IMG/VR virus record: IMGVR_UViG_3300046170_000173
Direction: 5' to 3' (one strand)
Length of the DNA stretch: 64,000 bases
From: a virus
This document shows positions 7,669-17,191 of this stretch, in pieces. Under the pieces are notes generated by a model that saw only the letters and a program-made list of their open reading frames with translations, was not told where the DNA came from and did no database searches. Position numbers and translations under genes: made by a program. How positions within the stretch are numbered: the first letter of the stretch is position 1; each line of letters begins with the position of its first letter.

Positions 7669-8616
7669 ATGTCTTTTGCAAATCTCAAGTCCAAATCTAT
7701 GGACATCTCTAAGTTGGTCAACGCTGCGACAGAAGCGGCGGGTCAGACCACCAACACTAACAAATATCAAGACGACCGAAAGTGGAAACCGACTGTTGAT
7801 GAACAGGGTAACGGTTACGCTGTAGTTCGTTTCCTTCCCCCTACTGAAGGTCAAGACCTTCCTTGGGTCCGTTACTGGGATCACGCGTTCAAAGGTCCAA
7901 CCGGACAATGGTACATTGAACGATCGCTCACAAGTCTTGGTCAAAATGACCCAGTCGGTGAGTTGAACTCACGTCTATGGAACTCAGGTATCGAAGAGGA
8001 CAAGGAAACTGCACGTCGTCAGAAGCGTCGTCTACACTACGTCACAAACATCCAAGTGATCAACGATCCATCGAACCCAGCGAACAACGGTAAGGTGTTC
8101 ATCTACGAGTTCGGTAAGAAGATCTTTGACAAGATCATGGATATGATGCAACCAGAATTCCCAGGCGAGTCTCCAGTGAATGTATTTGACTTCTGGAGTG
8201 GTGCAGACTTCGAACTGAAGATCCGCAACGTTGCCGGATATCGTAATTACGATAAGTCCGACTTCAAATCTCCTGCCCCACTTGCTGGTGCAGATGAGAC
8301 ACAACTCGAAGCGATCTACAATACGTTGTACGACCTCAACGAGTTCATCGTCCCTAACTACCCTAACGCACACGATGCAAACTGGTTCAAGTCATACGAT
8401 GACCTAAAGAATAAGTTAGAGACGGTATTGGGTATTGCTACAGGAGCGGGTGCGACAGTTCGCAACGAGGCTGTTGCGACTGCGGAAGAGGCACCGCCTT
8501 GGAATACGAAGGATGAACCAACTATCGTTGCAGCTGCCCCTGCGGTCGCACCTGCGGTTGCTGAAGAGACAGACGATACGTTATCCTACTTTGCACAAAT
8601 GGCTGCGGAGGAATAA
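7669..8616 (+). CDS. 32: Single-stranded DNA-binding protein gp32
   Basis: DDRKWKP, GNGYAVVRFLP, WYIE.SL, FGKKIFDKI, FDFW.GADF.LKI motifs and acidic tail. Confidence 0.95.
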   Translation: MSFANLKSKSMDISKLVNAATEAAGQTTNTNKYQDDRKWKPTVDEQGNGYAVVRFLPPTEGQDLPWVRYWDHAFKGPTGQWYIERSLTSLGQNDPVGELNSRLWNSGIEEDKETARRQKRRLHYVTNIQVINDPSNPANNGKVFIYEFGKKIFDKIMDMMQPEFPGESPVNVFDFWSGADFELKIRNVAGYRNYDKSDFKSPAPLAGADETQLEAIYNTLYDLNEFIVPNYPNAHDANWFKSYDDLKNKLETVLGIATGAGATVRNEAVATAEEAPPWNTKDEPTIVAAAPAVAPAVAEETDDTLSYFAQMAAEE

Positions 8617-8619
8617 TCA

Positions 8620-8883
8620 ATGGACCCTATGTATTCAGTAATAACAATCGTTGCGTGTTTAGTCGCATTCGGTTTAATATGGAGGTCAATATCAACCTCT
8701 CCAGATAAGACCACAACTGGTGCTCCAGAACCAAGCCCATATGACCAAGAGTCGTTGCAGGGGTTAACAAAAAATCAGTTGATTGAGGTTGGGAAAAGTT
8801 TAGGTCTTGAACCTAGAGTGTCTTGGACTAAGGCAAAGATCATTCAAGTGATCATAATTGCAGTAAACGAAGGGACTAACTAA
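8620..8883 (+). CDS. Membrane-anchored protein with Rho-N/HeH-like C-terminal domain
   Basis: N-terminal hydrophobic helix; LQGLTKNQLIEVGKSLGL....WTKAKII. Confidence 0.6.
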   Translation: MDPMYSVITIVACLVAFGLIWRSISTSPDKTTTGAPEPSPYDQESLQGLTKNQLIEVGKSLGLEPRVSWTKAKIIQVIIIAVNEGTN

Positions 8884-8903
8884 TCGACACTGCCAGTGGA
8901 TAT

Positions 8904-8926
8904 GGGGACTTCGGTCCCCTTTTTTT
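8904..8926 (+). terminator. Intrinsic terminator with cUUCGg tetraloop
   Basis: GGGGAC-TTCG-GTCCCC-T7 between convergent genes. Confidence 0.9.
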
Positions 8927-10643
8927 ATGAGGTACCTGCCGTGAACGGATCTACCGGAGTTAAGCCACCAGTGACCATTGCATTTGCACCACCTATATTG
9001 TTAGTGGTTGATTGGGGAGCGATAACATTAGTACTACCACCACCCGCACTAGACTGCGCTGACTGATATGCGGTTTGACCAGCAGATATTGCATTTCCTG
9101 TCGTCTTTCCTACTCCACGTGCACCTTTACTCGGGGAACCCCCAGACGCCGGCAGGCTCGGAGAACTTCCGGATGCCTTTATCGTGCCACCAGTATCAGC
9201 CACGAGTTTTGTCATTTCAGACGATGGCGTTGGTGCATCTCCCATGATAGCTCCTGCGAGCGCTTCTGCGATTTCCTCACCAAACATTGATCCAAATATA
9301 CCACCACCAATACCACCGATTGCAGTACCTAGGCCTGGTATTGGTATTAATGCGGTACCCATGGCACTTCCCGCAATCGCTCCTAAAGTGGCCCCACCAA
9401 GACCACCAAAGACTTTAGCCATCTCTTTAGTCTTCTGTGCACGAGTTAAGTCTTCGTTTACTGCGATCATTCCAAGAGTTCCGACTCCCAGTAATTGACC
9501 TAGAATGGGAATTCTTTTACCAAGTTTTGCCATACCCCCAAGGATCTTTGCGCCTTTTGGTCCGATGAATTGTGCGAGTTTTCCTGCCTTCGCAACAGCT
9601 TTATTATCACTGCCGGCCATTTGAGATACTCTTTTCTGCGCGGCATCTACTATTTTACTCTTAGAAGTTGATGTAGAAGCGCCGACTCCCTTTAATGCTT
9701 TGTCTGCCGCGTCTGCTTTTATTCGTTTACCACCTTCCATCAAGTTGCCGGCTTTGTCAATCTTAAACCCCTTTGCCTTTAGTGCTTCTTTTTGGGCTCC
9801 GGTCAACGACTTCGTCGTGCGAGCGTTTCTCTGCATTCTTTCATTACCATCAAGAACTGGCGGTGTTCTTCCCGTAACAAAATTCTTTGCATTGGACAAT
9901 CCAGTCCCAACGCTCTTAACGGCATTGCCGAGGACGGAACCCGCACCCCTTACGCCCTTATCGAGACTACCCATCATTTTTCTATAGGTGCCGGTCAAGA
10001 TTGCAGTTGATGTGGCCAGGGCGGGTACCGATTCTTTGAATGATTCGAAATCACCTTCTTGAATTGCAATAATTCCGTCCAGAGTTTTGCCAAGGATTTC
10101 GTTACCCTTCGTATACATGTCTGTGAGTTTCGGAACCTCAATACCGGCTTTATCTACGAGACCCTTTACCCCTGTAATAAAATTATTGACGGCCTCTCCC
10201 GCCTTTTGTGCATTCTCACCACTAAGAAAAGCACCGACGCCTGCGATACCCAAACCAGCACCAATAGCATAACGTCCTAGACCTAAACCAATAGAACCAC
10301 CACCCGCACCAGCGATTCTATTTTTGGTGTTGTCCATTAGACCACCAAGTCGGCTCTTGCTCTTAGGGTCCTTGTCCTTTCCGGTTAACTTGGATTCGTT
10401 TTCTGCATTCAATGCGTCAGCGGCTGCCTCAACACGCGCCTTTCTCGCTTCTTCTTCGCTTTTACGTTTTTGTTTTTCGGACTCTTCAAATCTCTCTTGA
10501 TTGGCTTTTTCAGACGCCGCAAGTTGTTCCGCTAACGACGCGCTCTGGTCAGCCATCCTGTTAAGGATATCTTCAGTCTTTTTTTCATCATTCTGTTCTT
10601 TTAGAGCAGTAATGACATCATCTAACGTCGTTTGTTCGGCCAT
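8925..10643 (-). CDS. Probable tape-measure / gp29-like protein
   Basis: 572 aa; coiled-coil N-terminus, Gly/Ala-rich hydrophobic segments, TNVIAPQS C-terminus; lies downstream of gp26/gp51. Confidence 0.6.
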   Translation of the reverse strand: MAEQTTLDDVITALKEQNDEKKTEDILNRMADQSASLAEQLAASEKANQERFEESEKQKRKSEEEARKARVEAAADALNAENESKLTGKDKDPKSKSRLGGLMDNTKNRIAGAGGGSIGLGLGRYAIGAGLGIAGVGAFLSGENAQKAGEAVNNFITGVKGLVDKAGIEVPKLTDMYTKGNEILGKTLDGIIAIQEGDFESFKESVPALATSTAILTGTYRKMMGSLDKGVRGAGSVLGNAVKSVGTGLSNAKNFVTGRTPPVLDGNERMQRNARTTKSLTGAQKEALKAKGFKIDKAGNLMEGGKRIKADAADKALKGVGASTSTSKSKIVDAAQKRVSQMAGSDNKAVAKAGKLAQFIGPKGAKILGGMAKLGKRIPILGQLLGVGTLGMIAVNEDLTRAQKTKEMAKVFGGLGGATLGAIAGSAMGTALIPIPGLGTAIGGIGGGIFGSMFGEEIAEALAGAIMGDAPTPSSEMTKLVADTGGTIKASGSSPSLPASGGSPSKGARGVGKTTGNAISAGQTAYQSAQSSAGGGSTNVIAPQSTTNNIGGANAMVTGGLTPVDPFTAGTS

Positions 10644-10646
10644 TTT

Positions 10647-10802
10647 TTATCCTTGTTGTTTCGCACGTTCCGTTTTTTCCTCAATGTCGTCTATCAACAT
10701 TTGGAGGTAAATCTCCCTCTCCCAAGGTATCATATGTTCAACTTCGTCCAGTGAGTAATTGAAGTTGTTGAGCAGTTGAAAGTTGACTTGATAGTAGTTC
10801 AT
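10647..10802 (-). CDS. 51: Baseplate hub assembly protein gp51-like (not in ORF track)
   Basis: (LSHDNL)MNYYQVNFQLLNNFNYSLDEVEHMIPWEREIYLQML; no SD; lies in the -1 frame of gp26. Confidence 0.8.
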   Translation of the reverse strand: MNYYQVNFQLLNNFNYSLDEVEHMIPWEREIYLQMLIDDIEEKTERAKQQG

Positions 10803-10825
10803 CAAGTTATCGTGAGAGAGGTTTA

Positions 10826-11533
10826 CTAAAAAAAATCATCAATACCTTTCAATTCACGAACATTATCGTGACCACAAGACTTGCACTTAAACTCCAAGTC
10901 CTGTTTGATTGCGGGGGCTGAATTTACAAAGTCCGCAAGCTTTTCAAACTGTTCGGTTGTCATTGAGTCTATAAACTCTAACACCGATTCTCTCGATTCG
11001 TCTGAGAGGTCTACCTTTTCTTCTTCGGTCAGAACCGATCCCATACATGCCATTATCAATTCCAACAACCCTTCTGTTTGTGTTTCGCTGTCTAGAAGCT
11101 TTGTGTTGTTCATAAACTCTTCATACGTCGGGTATTTCATCAACAACGAAACATCGTCGGTTATCTGTAGCACTCCGTCTTTGATTTCACCGTCTATTTG
11201 TATCGAGTCCAAGTCTACCTGTACCTCATTTTCAGAGTCACATTCTTCGCACTGTATGATGAGGTCCGCTTGCTCTCCGACTGACTTGGATCTAATCTTG
11301 GTGAAAAGGTAATCCACATCAAAGGTAGTGAGTCTCCCCGATATTGGTTCTTCAACACATGAGTGTATGGTTCTAATGATCGCTCGAACTATGTCGGATC
11401 TTTCTTGTGTTTCATATGCAATCATTAATGCTTTCTGCTCCTTTACTAAGAAAGGACGAAAGGTTGTCTTTTGTCCAGACGAAGGAACTGTCACCACATA
11501 ACTAGGTGACACATTCAGTTTTGGTAATGCCAT
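10826..11533 (-). CDS. 26: Baseplate hub protein gp26-like
   Basis: MALPKL..P.Y...VPS, FRPFLVKE.K, IRSKSVGE, two CxxC pairs, ends ..DFF. Confidence 0.9.
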   Translation of the reverse strand: MALPKLNVSPSYVVTVPSSGQKTTFRPFLVKEQKALMIAYETQERSDIVRAIIRTIHSCVEEPISGRLTTFDVDYLFTKIRSKSVGEQADLIIQCEECDSENEVQVDLDSIQIDGEIKDGVLQITDDVSLLMKYPTYEEFMNNTKLLDSETQTEGLLELIMACMGSVLTEEEKVDLSDESRESVLEFIDSMTTEQFEKLADFVNSAPAIKQDLEFKCKSCGHDNVRELKGIDDFF

Positions 11534-11549
11534 AATGTATCCTAATAAT

Positions 11550-12194
11550 TTAAATAATTCCGCCTAGATTGATACCTATCTTGGAATCAATCAGGTCTGC
11601 AAGTTTACTTCTCGCGTCTTTCTTCACCACCCATTTGGTGTATGCAAAGTTCACTTGAAGTTCTACGATCCCCCCTTGACTGGTCAGACTGATCGCGTTT
11701 TGCGTTATGGGAAACGCATCTTCTAAGGTCACGCTGTATATAGAGCTGCCCAATAGATCAAAGTTGATGTCTAGTATACCCAGATCAAACCCGAAACGAG
11801 CCTGTGGTTTTGACAGTTGATGAATTGTGATGTCTTTCGCAAAACCACCGCTACCGTCCTTTCCTTTTTTCCATTGTATGTTCCCGTTTTCTTCGTTGAC
11901 CATCTGGGACATCCACTCATCAAAGTACTTCCTTGGACCATAGTCATTGGTCATGTAGAACGTCATGTTAAGGTCAGACATCGCGAAACCGTTTACAACC
12001 TTCTCAGTGTGTACCCCAATGGACCTATCTAAGGTCAATATCTGTTTACCAGGCATGTCCACATCCTTACATAGGATGTTCATAGTGTCTCCTCTCATAC
12101 CCGCAAATGGGGGCAACTCTACCGCGAAGTGATGAGAGAATGCCAAACCATTCTTGAGACTCACCTTTGATTTTAGTTCTTCTATACCTGCCAT
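11550..12194 (-). CDS. 54: Baseplate tail-tube initiator gp54-like (tube fold)
   Basis: GLA..HF.VELP, LC...MPG, MTFY....Y..R.YFD.W, V.L.DAFP, LQV.FAY. Confidence 0.7.
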   Translation of the reverse strand: MAGIEELKSKVSLKNGLAFSHHFAVELPPFAGMRGDTMNILCKDVDMPGKQILTLDRSIGVHTEKVVNGFAMSDLNMTFYMTNDYGPRKYFDEWMSQMVNEENGNIQWKKGKDGSGGFAKDITIHQLSKPQARFGFDLGILDINFDLLGSSIYSVTLEDAFPITQNAISLTSQGGIVELQVNFAYTKWVVKKDARSKLADLIDSKIGINLGGII

Positions 12195-12197
12195 ACG

Positions 12198-12797
12198 TTA
12201 GTCGCCTATCATACTTTTCGAGTCGGAGTACACCTTTTGGTTACTCGCGTATCGGAAATCTGCTGTCGGTAGAAATGTCGCGATCTCCCACTCAGGGGCG
12301 GGAACCATCGCGAATCTACCGTCAACGTGTTTGTTCAAATAGTGTTTAAAACACGGTCTGAAGTGCTTAAGTTTTGCGGTTCTGGTCAAGAGTTGATACG
12401 ACATCTTGAAGCGGGTCGACTTGTCAAACTTGGTATTATTAGTGATGTCCATCAACGCGTCCAACATCTTTGCACGTAGTATTGGAGGTAGGTAGTGTAG
12501 GTTTAATCCATAGAACCCATCTTTTGCAGGGCCTACCACAACTACTAATGGAAACGCATCGTAATACGGCAGTTTCTTTCGGTCGTTCTTAAACTTAGGA
12601 TCGTAGAAGAACATATACATGTTGCCCACGACCTCTTGCCCAGTCTTCTTGAGTGGATCCTCATCCATCAACTCTTCACGTTTAACACTGCGAATGTTTT
12701 TGATTTTGTTTTGAAACCATCTGCGGGATTCCTTGGTACGGGGTGTAATACCCGCACGGAACGCCTGCAACTCTAAGTTCTGGAATATTTTAGACAT
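12198..12797 (-). CDS. 2: DNA end protector gp2
   Basis: G.MYMFFYDPK...LPYYD.FPL...GF.GLNLHYLPP..R; FKHYL; EWEIA.FLPT. Confidence 0.93.
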   Translation of the reverse strand: MSKIFQNLELQAFRAGITPRTKESRRWFQNKIKNIRSVKREELMDEDPLKKTGQEVVGNMYMFFYDPKFKNDRKKLPYYDAFPLVVVVGPAKDGFYGLNLHYLPPILRAKMLDALMDITNNTKFDKSTRFKMSYQLLTRTAKLKHFRPCFKHYLNKHVDGRFAMVPAPEWEIATFLPTADFRYASNQKVYSDSKSMIGD

Positions 12798-12825
12798 AAG
12801 ACCCTTGTCCTAAAACCTTTCTCTC

Positions 12826-12833
12826 TATTTATA
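12826..12833 (-). promoter_or_regulatory. T4-type late promoter
   Basis: TATAAATA on the minus strand upstream of gp2. Confidence 0.8.
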
Positions 12834-13347
12834 CACGTTTTTTGCGTTTCTTGAACGCAGGCATCTTTTTGAGTGGTTTCTTGGACTTGACGCGTTGCGC
12901 AGCCTTGGGCATGATACCCTTTGTGGTGAGTTCTTTCTCTGTCCATATCTCAAACTGATATCCACGGTCCTTTGCATACTCGACCGCAGCCTTCCACTTG
13001 GATTGGTTCTTGATGTAGGTGAGACCCTCAGTCATGAGTGTCTGTCGAGACTTGCCCTGTTTTTTCTCTGGTCTCTTGGTCTCTTTGGCGGGTTTGACCT
13101 CAACCAACACCACACGACCCGACTTGTACTTGATCACAAAGTCCACGTAGTATCGGTGGGGTTTCTTGTCGGTCTCGCAGATATAGGGTATGACCAACTC
13201 CTCAGAAACCCACTGGACCACGTCTGAGTTCTTGTCGCACCACATCATCACATACTTCTCCCACCCTGAACGGTAGACGATTTCGTTCACGTCGCCTGCA
13301 TACTTTTGTGGTTTGGTGGGTTTATACTTCCCTTTATACGTTTTCAT
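12829..13347 (-). CDS. 4: Head completion nuclease gp4
   Basis: YKGKYKP..P.KY.GD...IVYRS.WE, HRYYVDF, LVEVKP, N..KW.AA. Confidence 0.93.
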   Translation of the reverse strand: MKTYKGKYKPTKPQKYAGDVNEIVYRSGWEKYVMMWCDKNSDVVQWVSEELVIPYICETDKKPHRYYVDFVIKYKSGRVVLVEVKPAKETKRPEKKQGKSRQTLMTEGLTYIKNQSKWKAAVEYAKDRGYQFEIWTEKELTTKGIMPKAAQRVKSKKPLKKMPAFKKRKKRV

Positions 13348-13919
13348 AACGTCTCAGTAGGACCATACAGTTGAGGCGGTCAGTGGAAGGGTAGTAGAAC
13401 TCTCGCACCTTGCGGTATGGGAAGTCGTCTCGATCCAGTTGGTTGTCGATGACCGCCTTGGGGTATAGGATCTCCCATACATCGGACATAGTCGTCCACC
13501 AACATCCACTCGACACCCGACTCAGCGCATAGGTCCATGTCCTGAACCATTCCCTTGGGTGTATGGTCCCCATCAATGAAAATCATATCATAACCAGATA
13601 CGTCGTCAGGTATCAACTGGTGTGAGTCACATAGGGTGAACTGGAATCGATCCTTAAACTGATCCTTTATCTTCCCAGCATTGACCTCTGTGTGTGGGTA
13701 GTGTCCAATGTCTGTGGAGTGCACTCTTACACGACGATTGACGGATAGGAACGTGTACGCACTATGACCAAAGTTGAACCCAATCTCGAAGACGGTATTT
13801 GCCTGCGTCATAGATAATATACTCGCAAACGCCAGACACGTCTTATTATCAGGCAGAACGTGACCCTCAATGGTGTCCCATCCCTCAGTCAGGAATTTAG
13901 TGTCGTCTACTAGGTTCAT
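13334..13919 (-). CDS. Class I SAM-dependent methyltransferase (Methyltransf_24-like) with one frameshift at ~13468
   Basis: VFEIGFNFGHSA, YDMIFIDGDH, LVDD; removing one base joins it to the frame LYPKAVID...RRYENV, which overlaps the gp4 start (~194 aa). Confidence 0.8.
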
Positions 13920-13929
13920 CGATTTCGTG

Positions 13930-13937
13930 TATAAATA
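13930..13937 (+). promoter_or_regulatory. T4-type late promoter for the baseplate operon
   Basis: TATAAATA. Confidence 0.85.
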
Positions 13938-13946
13938 GTGTAACGA

Positions 13947-13954
13947 TATTTATA
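13947..13954 (-). promoter_or_regulatory. T4-type late promoter for the minus-strand operon
   Basis: TATTTATA on + strand = TATAAATA on -. Confidence 0.85.
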
Positions 13955-13968
13955 GACGCGAGATTATC

Positions 13969-15117
13969 ATGTCAGACGATCCAAATGTAGTAGTAAGCAG
14001 TCGCCTCGTAAAGAAGGGTGAAAGTGAAGGTACTGGTACTCAAAATCCTTTAGGTGATGTGACAGTATCAACGGATGATGCTGTTGTAAAAGAAATGTCT
14101 GAAGCCGAGATCGCAAAGGCTAAGGAAGACGCTCTTAAAGTACCATCACCACCGGGCCCTCTAAAGTATCCCTATCATAGGGAGGGTCGATATCCGGCAT
14201 GTATAAAATTTAGTATAAAAGAGGTTCATGGTGCCGCAATCGAAGGTGTTCCCGATATATTGACGGGTCTGAAAGAAAAGTTCGATCTATTCGTTTCCGC
14301 CGCGGGAGGTGATGCAGAAAAGATTGCCGCTGCAGAAAAGGCAGCAGAGGCTGGTCAAGCAAAAAGAGATGCAAATGGTGATGGTGACGCACCAGTGTCC
14401 TCATATGAAAGAACTGACGTTACTTCAGGGATCAAGATATACCTACCCCAAGGGTTTTCTACAGGGGACGCATTACAGTATTCCAATGCTGACCTTGGTA
14501 TGACAGGTGCGGCAGCACTTAATGCATTTAATAACGGCGGTGGATTCGGTGAAGCGATCGGTGAGATGTTCAAAACCGGATTCGGTTCTTTAACTGACGC
14601 ATCGGGTAATGGTAAAGACCTCGCACAGCTTACGATTGCACGTAACGCTAAAGGTATTTTAGGAAAACTAATGCCTGACGAATTGCAATTACCTCTCCAA
14701 TTATCCTCGGCAGTAACTGTCAACCCTAATACTCGCGCTATGTTTAAGGGTGTAGGTTTACGCACATTCCAGTTTCAGTTCAAATTTCTACCCGTCTCCG
14801 AACGTGAGGCACAAGAGGTGGAGGAGATCATCAAACGTTTTCGACTACACGCATACCCAGAATCTATTCAGGCAGGGGCTATATCAGCAGGTTACAAATA
14901 CCCACACATGTTTGACATAACTCTGACTGCAAACGGTCAACCGATCGGAACCAAAATCAAAACATGTGTGTTGGAGTCTATTACTACCAGCTACAATGCG
15001 AGTTCTATGGCTTGGCATAAGGGTCCAGAAAAGTCTTATGCATCTGAGTATGACTTAACACTCTCTTTCCGTGAAGAAGTCGCATTGAACGCACAAGACA
15101 TAAGGGACGGATTCTAA
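13969..15117 (+). CDS. 48: Baseplate tail-tube cap gp48
   Basis: LKYP, IYLP, NPN..AMFKGV.LR.F.F.FKF.P.S..EA..V..II..FR..AYP. Confidence 0.85.
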   Translation: MSDDPNVVVSSRLVKKGESEGTGTQNPLGDVTVSTDDAVVKEMSEAEIAKAKEDALKVPSPPGPLKYPYHREGRYPACIKFSIKEVHGAAIEGVPDILTGLKEKFDLFVSAAGGDAEKIAAAEKAAEAGQAKRDANGDGDAPVSSYERTDVTSGIKIYLPQGFSTGDALQYSNADLGMTGAAALNAFNNGGGFGEAIGEMFKTGFGSLTDASGNGKDLAQLTIARNAKGILGKLMPDELQLPLQLSSAVTVNPNTRAMFKGVGLRTFQFQFKFLPVSEREAQEVEEIIKRFRLHAYPESIQAGAISAGYKYPHMFDITLTANGQPIGTKIKTCVLESITTSYNASSMAWHKGPEKSYASEYDLTLSFREEVALNAQDIRDGF

Positions 15118-15836
15118 TGTATTTTAAAAACTTTCCGGTAGAGTTGTATGAGTTCGATGCTGGATCTGCGGTAACACAGGACCTAACACGATATGTAGAA
15201 GTAGTTGATCAGGTACGTCAGAACGCATCGTTCTATCAGGACTACTATATCCAACATGGTGAACGCGCAGACCACGTGGCATACAAACTATACAATAACC
15301 CTCAATTGCACTGGACTCTGTATCTACTCAATCCGCAGATACGTGAGTCTGGATGGCCATTAACGGACCTAGAGGTCCTCTCTAAAGTCAAGAAAGACTA
15401 CCCACACATCGTACTCAACACGACCTCAGATATCACCGACAAATTTAAAGTCGGTCAGATCGTCACTGGTCAACGCTCAGGTGCGGGTGGTGTAGTTGTC
15501 GATAAGAACGTGGATCTGGGTCAACTCGTTATAGAAACAAACGATACCTTTAAGAACGATGGTGTTCCAGAGTCTATTATATCCGTGGTGGGTGAACAGA
15601 TCGAGACGATCGAGGCACAGTCTGCTGTCCCTCAACATCTATCTACGCGTCATTATCTACAAGACGGTGAGGTTATTACCAATTGGATCGATCTTAAACC
15701 AACCCCATCTGAGACTATAGTGACACAGTATGATTTCTATGTCAAGTCCAATAACCAATTGAAACAGATCTCTGTCATTCGCGCTGATAGTATTCGTCAG
15801 GTAGTGGGTGCAGTGATTGACGCGTTGAAAGCATGA
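15117..15836 (+). CDS. 53: Baseplate wedge gp53
   Basis: MYFKNFP...Y, Y.I..GER.D.VAYKLY.NPQLHW...L.N, WPL. Confidence 0.9.
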   Translation: MYFKNFPVELYEFDAGSAVTQDLTRYVEVVDQVRQNASFYQDYYIQHGERADHVAYKLYNNPQLHWTLYLLNPQIRESGWPLTDLEVLSKVKKDYPHIVLNTTSDITDKFKVGQIVTGQRSGAGGVVVDKNVDLGQLVIETNDTFKNDGVPESIISVVGEQIETIEAQSAVPQHLSTRHYLQDGEVITNWIDLKPTPSETIVTQYDFYVKSNNQLKQISVIRADSIRQVVGAVIDALKA

Positions 15837-17191
15837 GCACTAAAAACCAAGAATTAGAAACGATCTTCAAGTTTGACGTATTGGAGATCACTGCGAGTTG
15901 GGATCCAGAGGTCAAGATAGACATGAAGACTATCGTCTCTGATCTGGACATCTTTGAACATCTGGACAAACCGTGGATGACGGGTTTGATTGCCTTCGAG
16001 GATACGTCTGACATCTTGTCTGGTATCGGGTTAGGAACAAACGACCGTGTTGAAGTGAAGATCAGTCGTACCGAAGACCCTATCGGAGTTTTCTGCCATA
16101 AGTTTTTTCGTATTGATAAGATTGTGGAGAAAATCAATCAGGGTCTCAATGAGAACACTCAGGTTGTTTTGCTTCACTTAATCGAAGAAGTCTGGTATGA
16201 GTCCAATGCGATTAATGTAAACAAGTCTTACGAGGGTAAACCAGGCCAGATCATTAAATCAATATCCGAGTCATTCCTCACTGATCGTACTGTGATTGAT
16301 TATAACACAACCGTACAAGATATGAAAGTCATCGTTCCGAATATGACTCCGTTAGAGGCTATCTCTTGGATCAAGAATCGTGCAACCACAGAAAAGGGTT
16401 ATCCACTCTTTGTCTATTCTGCGATGCCAGTTTCATCGGCTACCGATTTTTTCTGGTGTATGGATCTTGAATTCATGTTAAATCTGGAACCGTGGACCGA
16501 AGACGCCCCATTCAATAATTTCGCATCTTCTCAAACATCCAGAGGACGATCACAACGTCGTACTATCAAGGCATACGAACATAAGTCATCCGAAGATCTC
16601 AATCCTCTTATTAAACAAGGTCTCATCGGTGCACGTCACCAGTTCATTGATGTCACTGACATGCACGTGGAGAAGGTAGACTATAATCATGAGACAGATA
16701 TCAATGAGTTGTTAACTGAACGTGGTATGAAAGGCCGCGGAGTGCTTCCCTCTCATTTCTCTGTCCATGATAAGAAACTCACTGAAATGGCAACCAAAGA
16801 TAAAACCCTTGGTAATCGTGTTATCACTACAATCGGAGGTACCGAAGCATATAAAGGTACCCACACTATCGATGAACGTGATAAGAAATCATCCTATAAA
16901 CACAAACCATTGTCTGCCGCATTCAAGACTCTCCTGTCTTACGATACTCTAGTTGCAGTCGTAGACGGATATGATTTCACCATACCTAATCATCTCAATA
17001 CTATTGGACGCGTCATGTCTTTTCTCTTCATGTCTACTCAATCAAATCCAGAGACTCTAAGAGAACAGTTTGATAAACAGAAGACAGGTAACTACCTTAT
17101 CTACGCTGCAAAACATTCATTCAAATCTGAAGGATATGATGTAACGCTTACTGCTGTTAAACTCACACATGGTGAATACAATGATTCCTAA
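15833..17191 (+). CDS. Putative baseplate hub protein (gp27-like)
   Basis: Between gp53 and gp5; IFE.L.KPW.TG, VPN.TP..AI.W, G.YLI...KH. Confidence 0.6.
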   Translation: MSTKNQELETIFKFDVLEITASWDPEVKIDMKTIVSDLDIFEHLDKPWMTGLIAFEDTSDILSGIGLGTNDRVEVKISRTEDPIGVFCHKFFRIDKIVEKINQGLNENTQVVLLHLIEEVWYESNAINVNKSYEGKPGQIIKSISESFLTDRTVIDYNTTVQDMKVIVPNMTPLEAISWIKNRATTEKGYPLFVYSAMPVSSATDFFWCMDLEFMLNLEPWTEDAPFNNFASSQTSRGRSQRRTIKAYEHKSSEDLNPLIKQGLIGARHQFIDVTDMHVEKVDYNHETDINELLTERGMKGRGVLPSHFSVHDKKLTEMATKDKTLGNRVITTIGGTEAYKGTHTIDERDKKSSYKHKPLSAAFKTLLSYDTLVAVVDGYDFTIPNHLNTIGRVMSFLFMSTQSNPETLREQFDKQKTGNYLIYAAKHSFKSEGYDVTLTAVKLTHGEYNDS

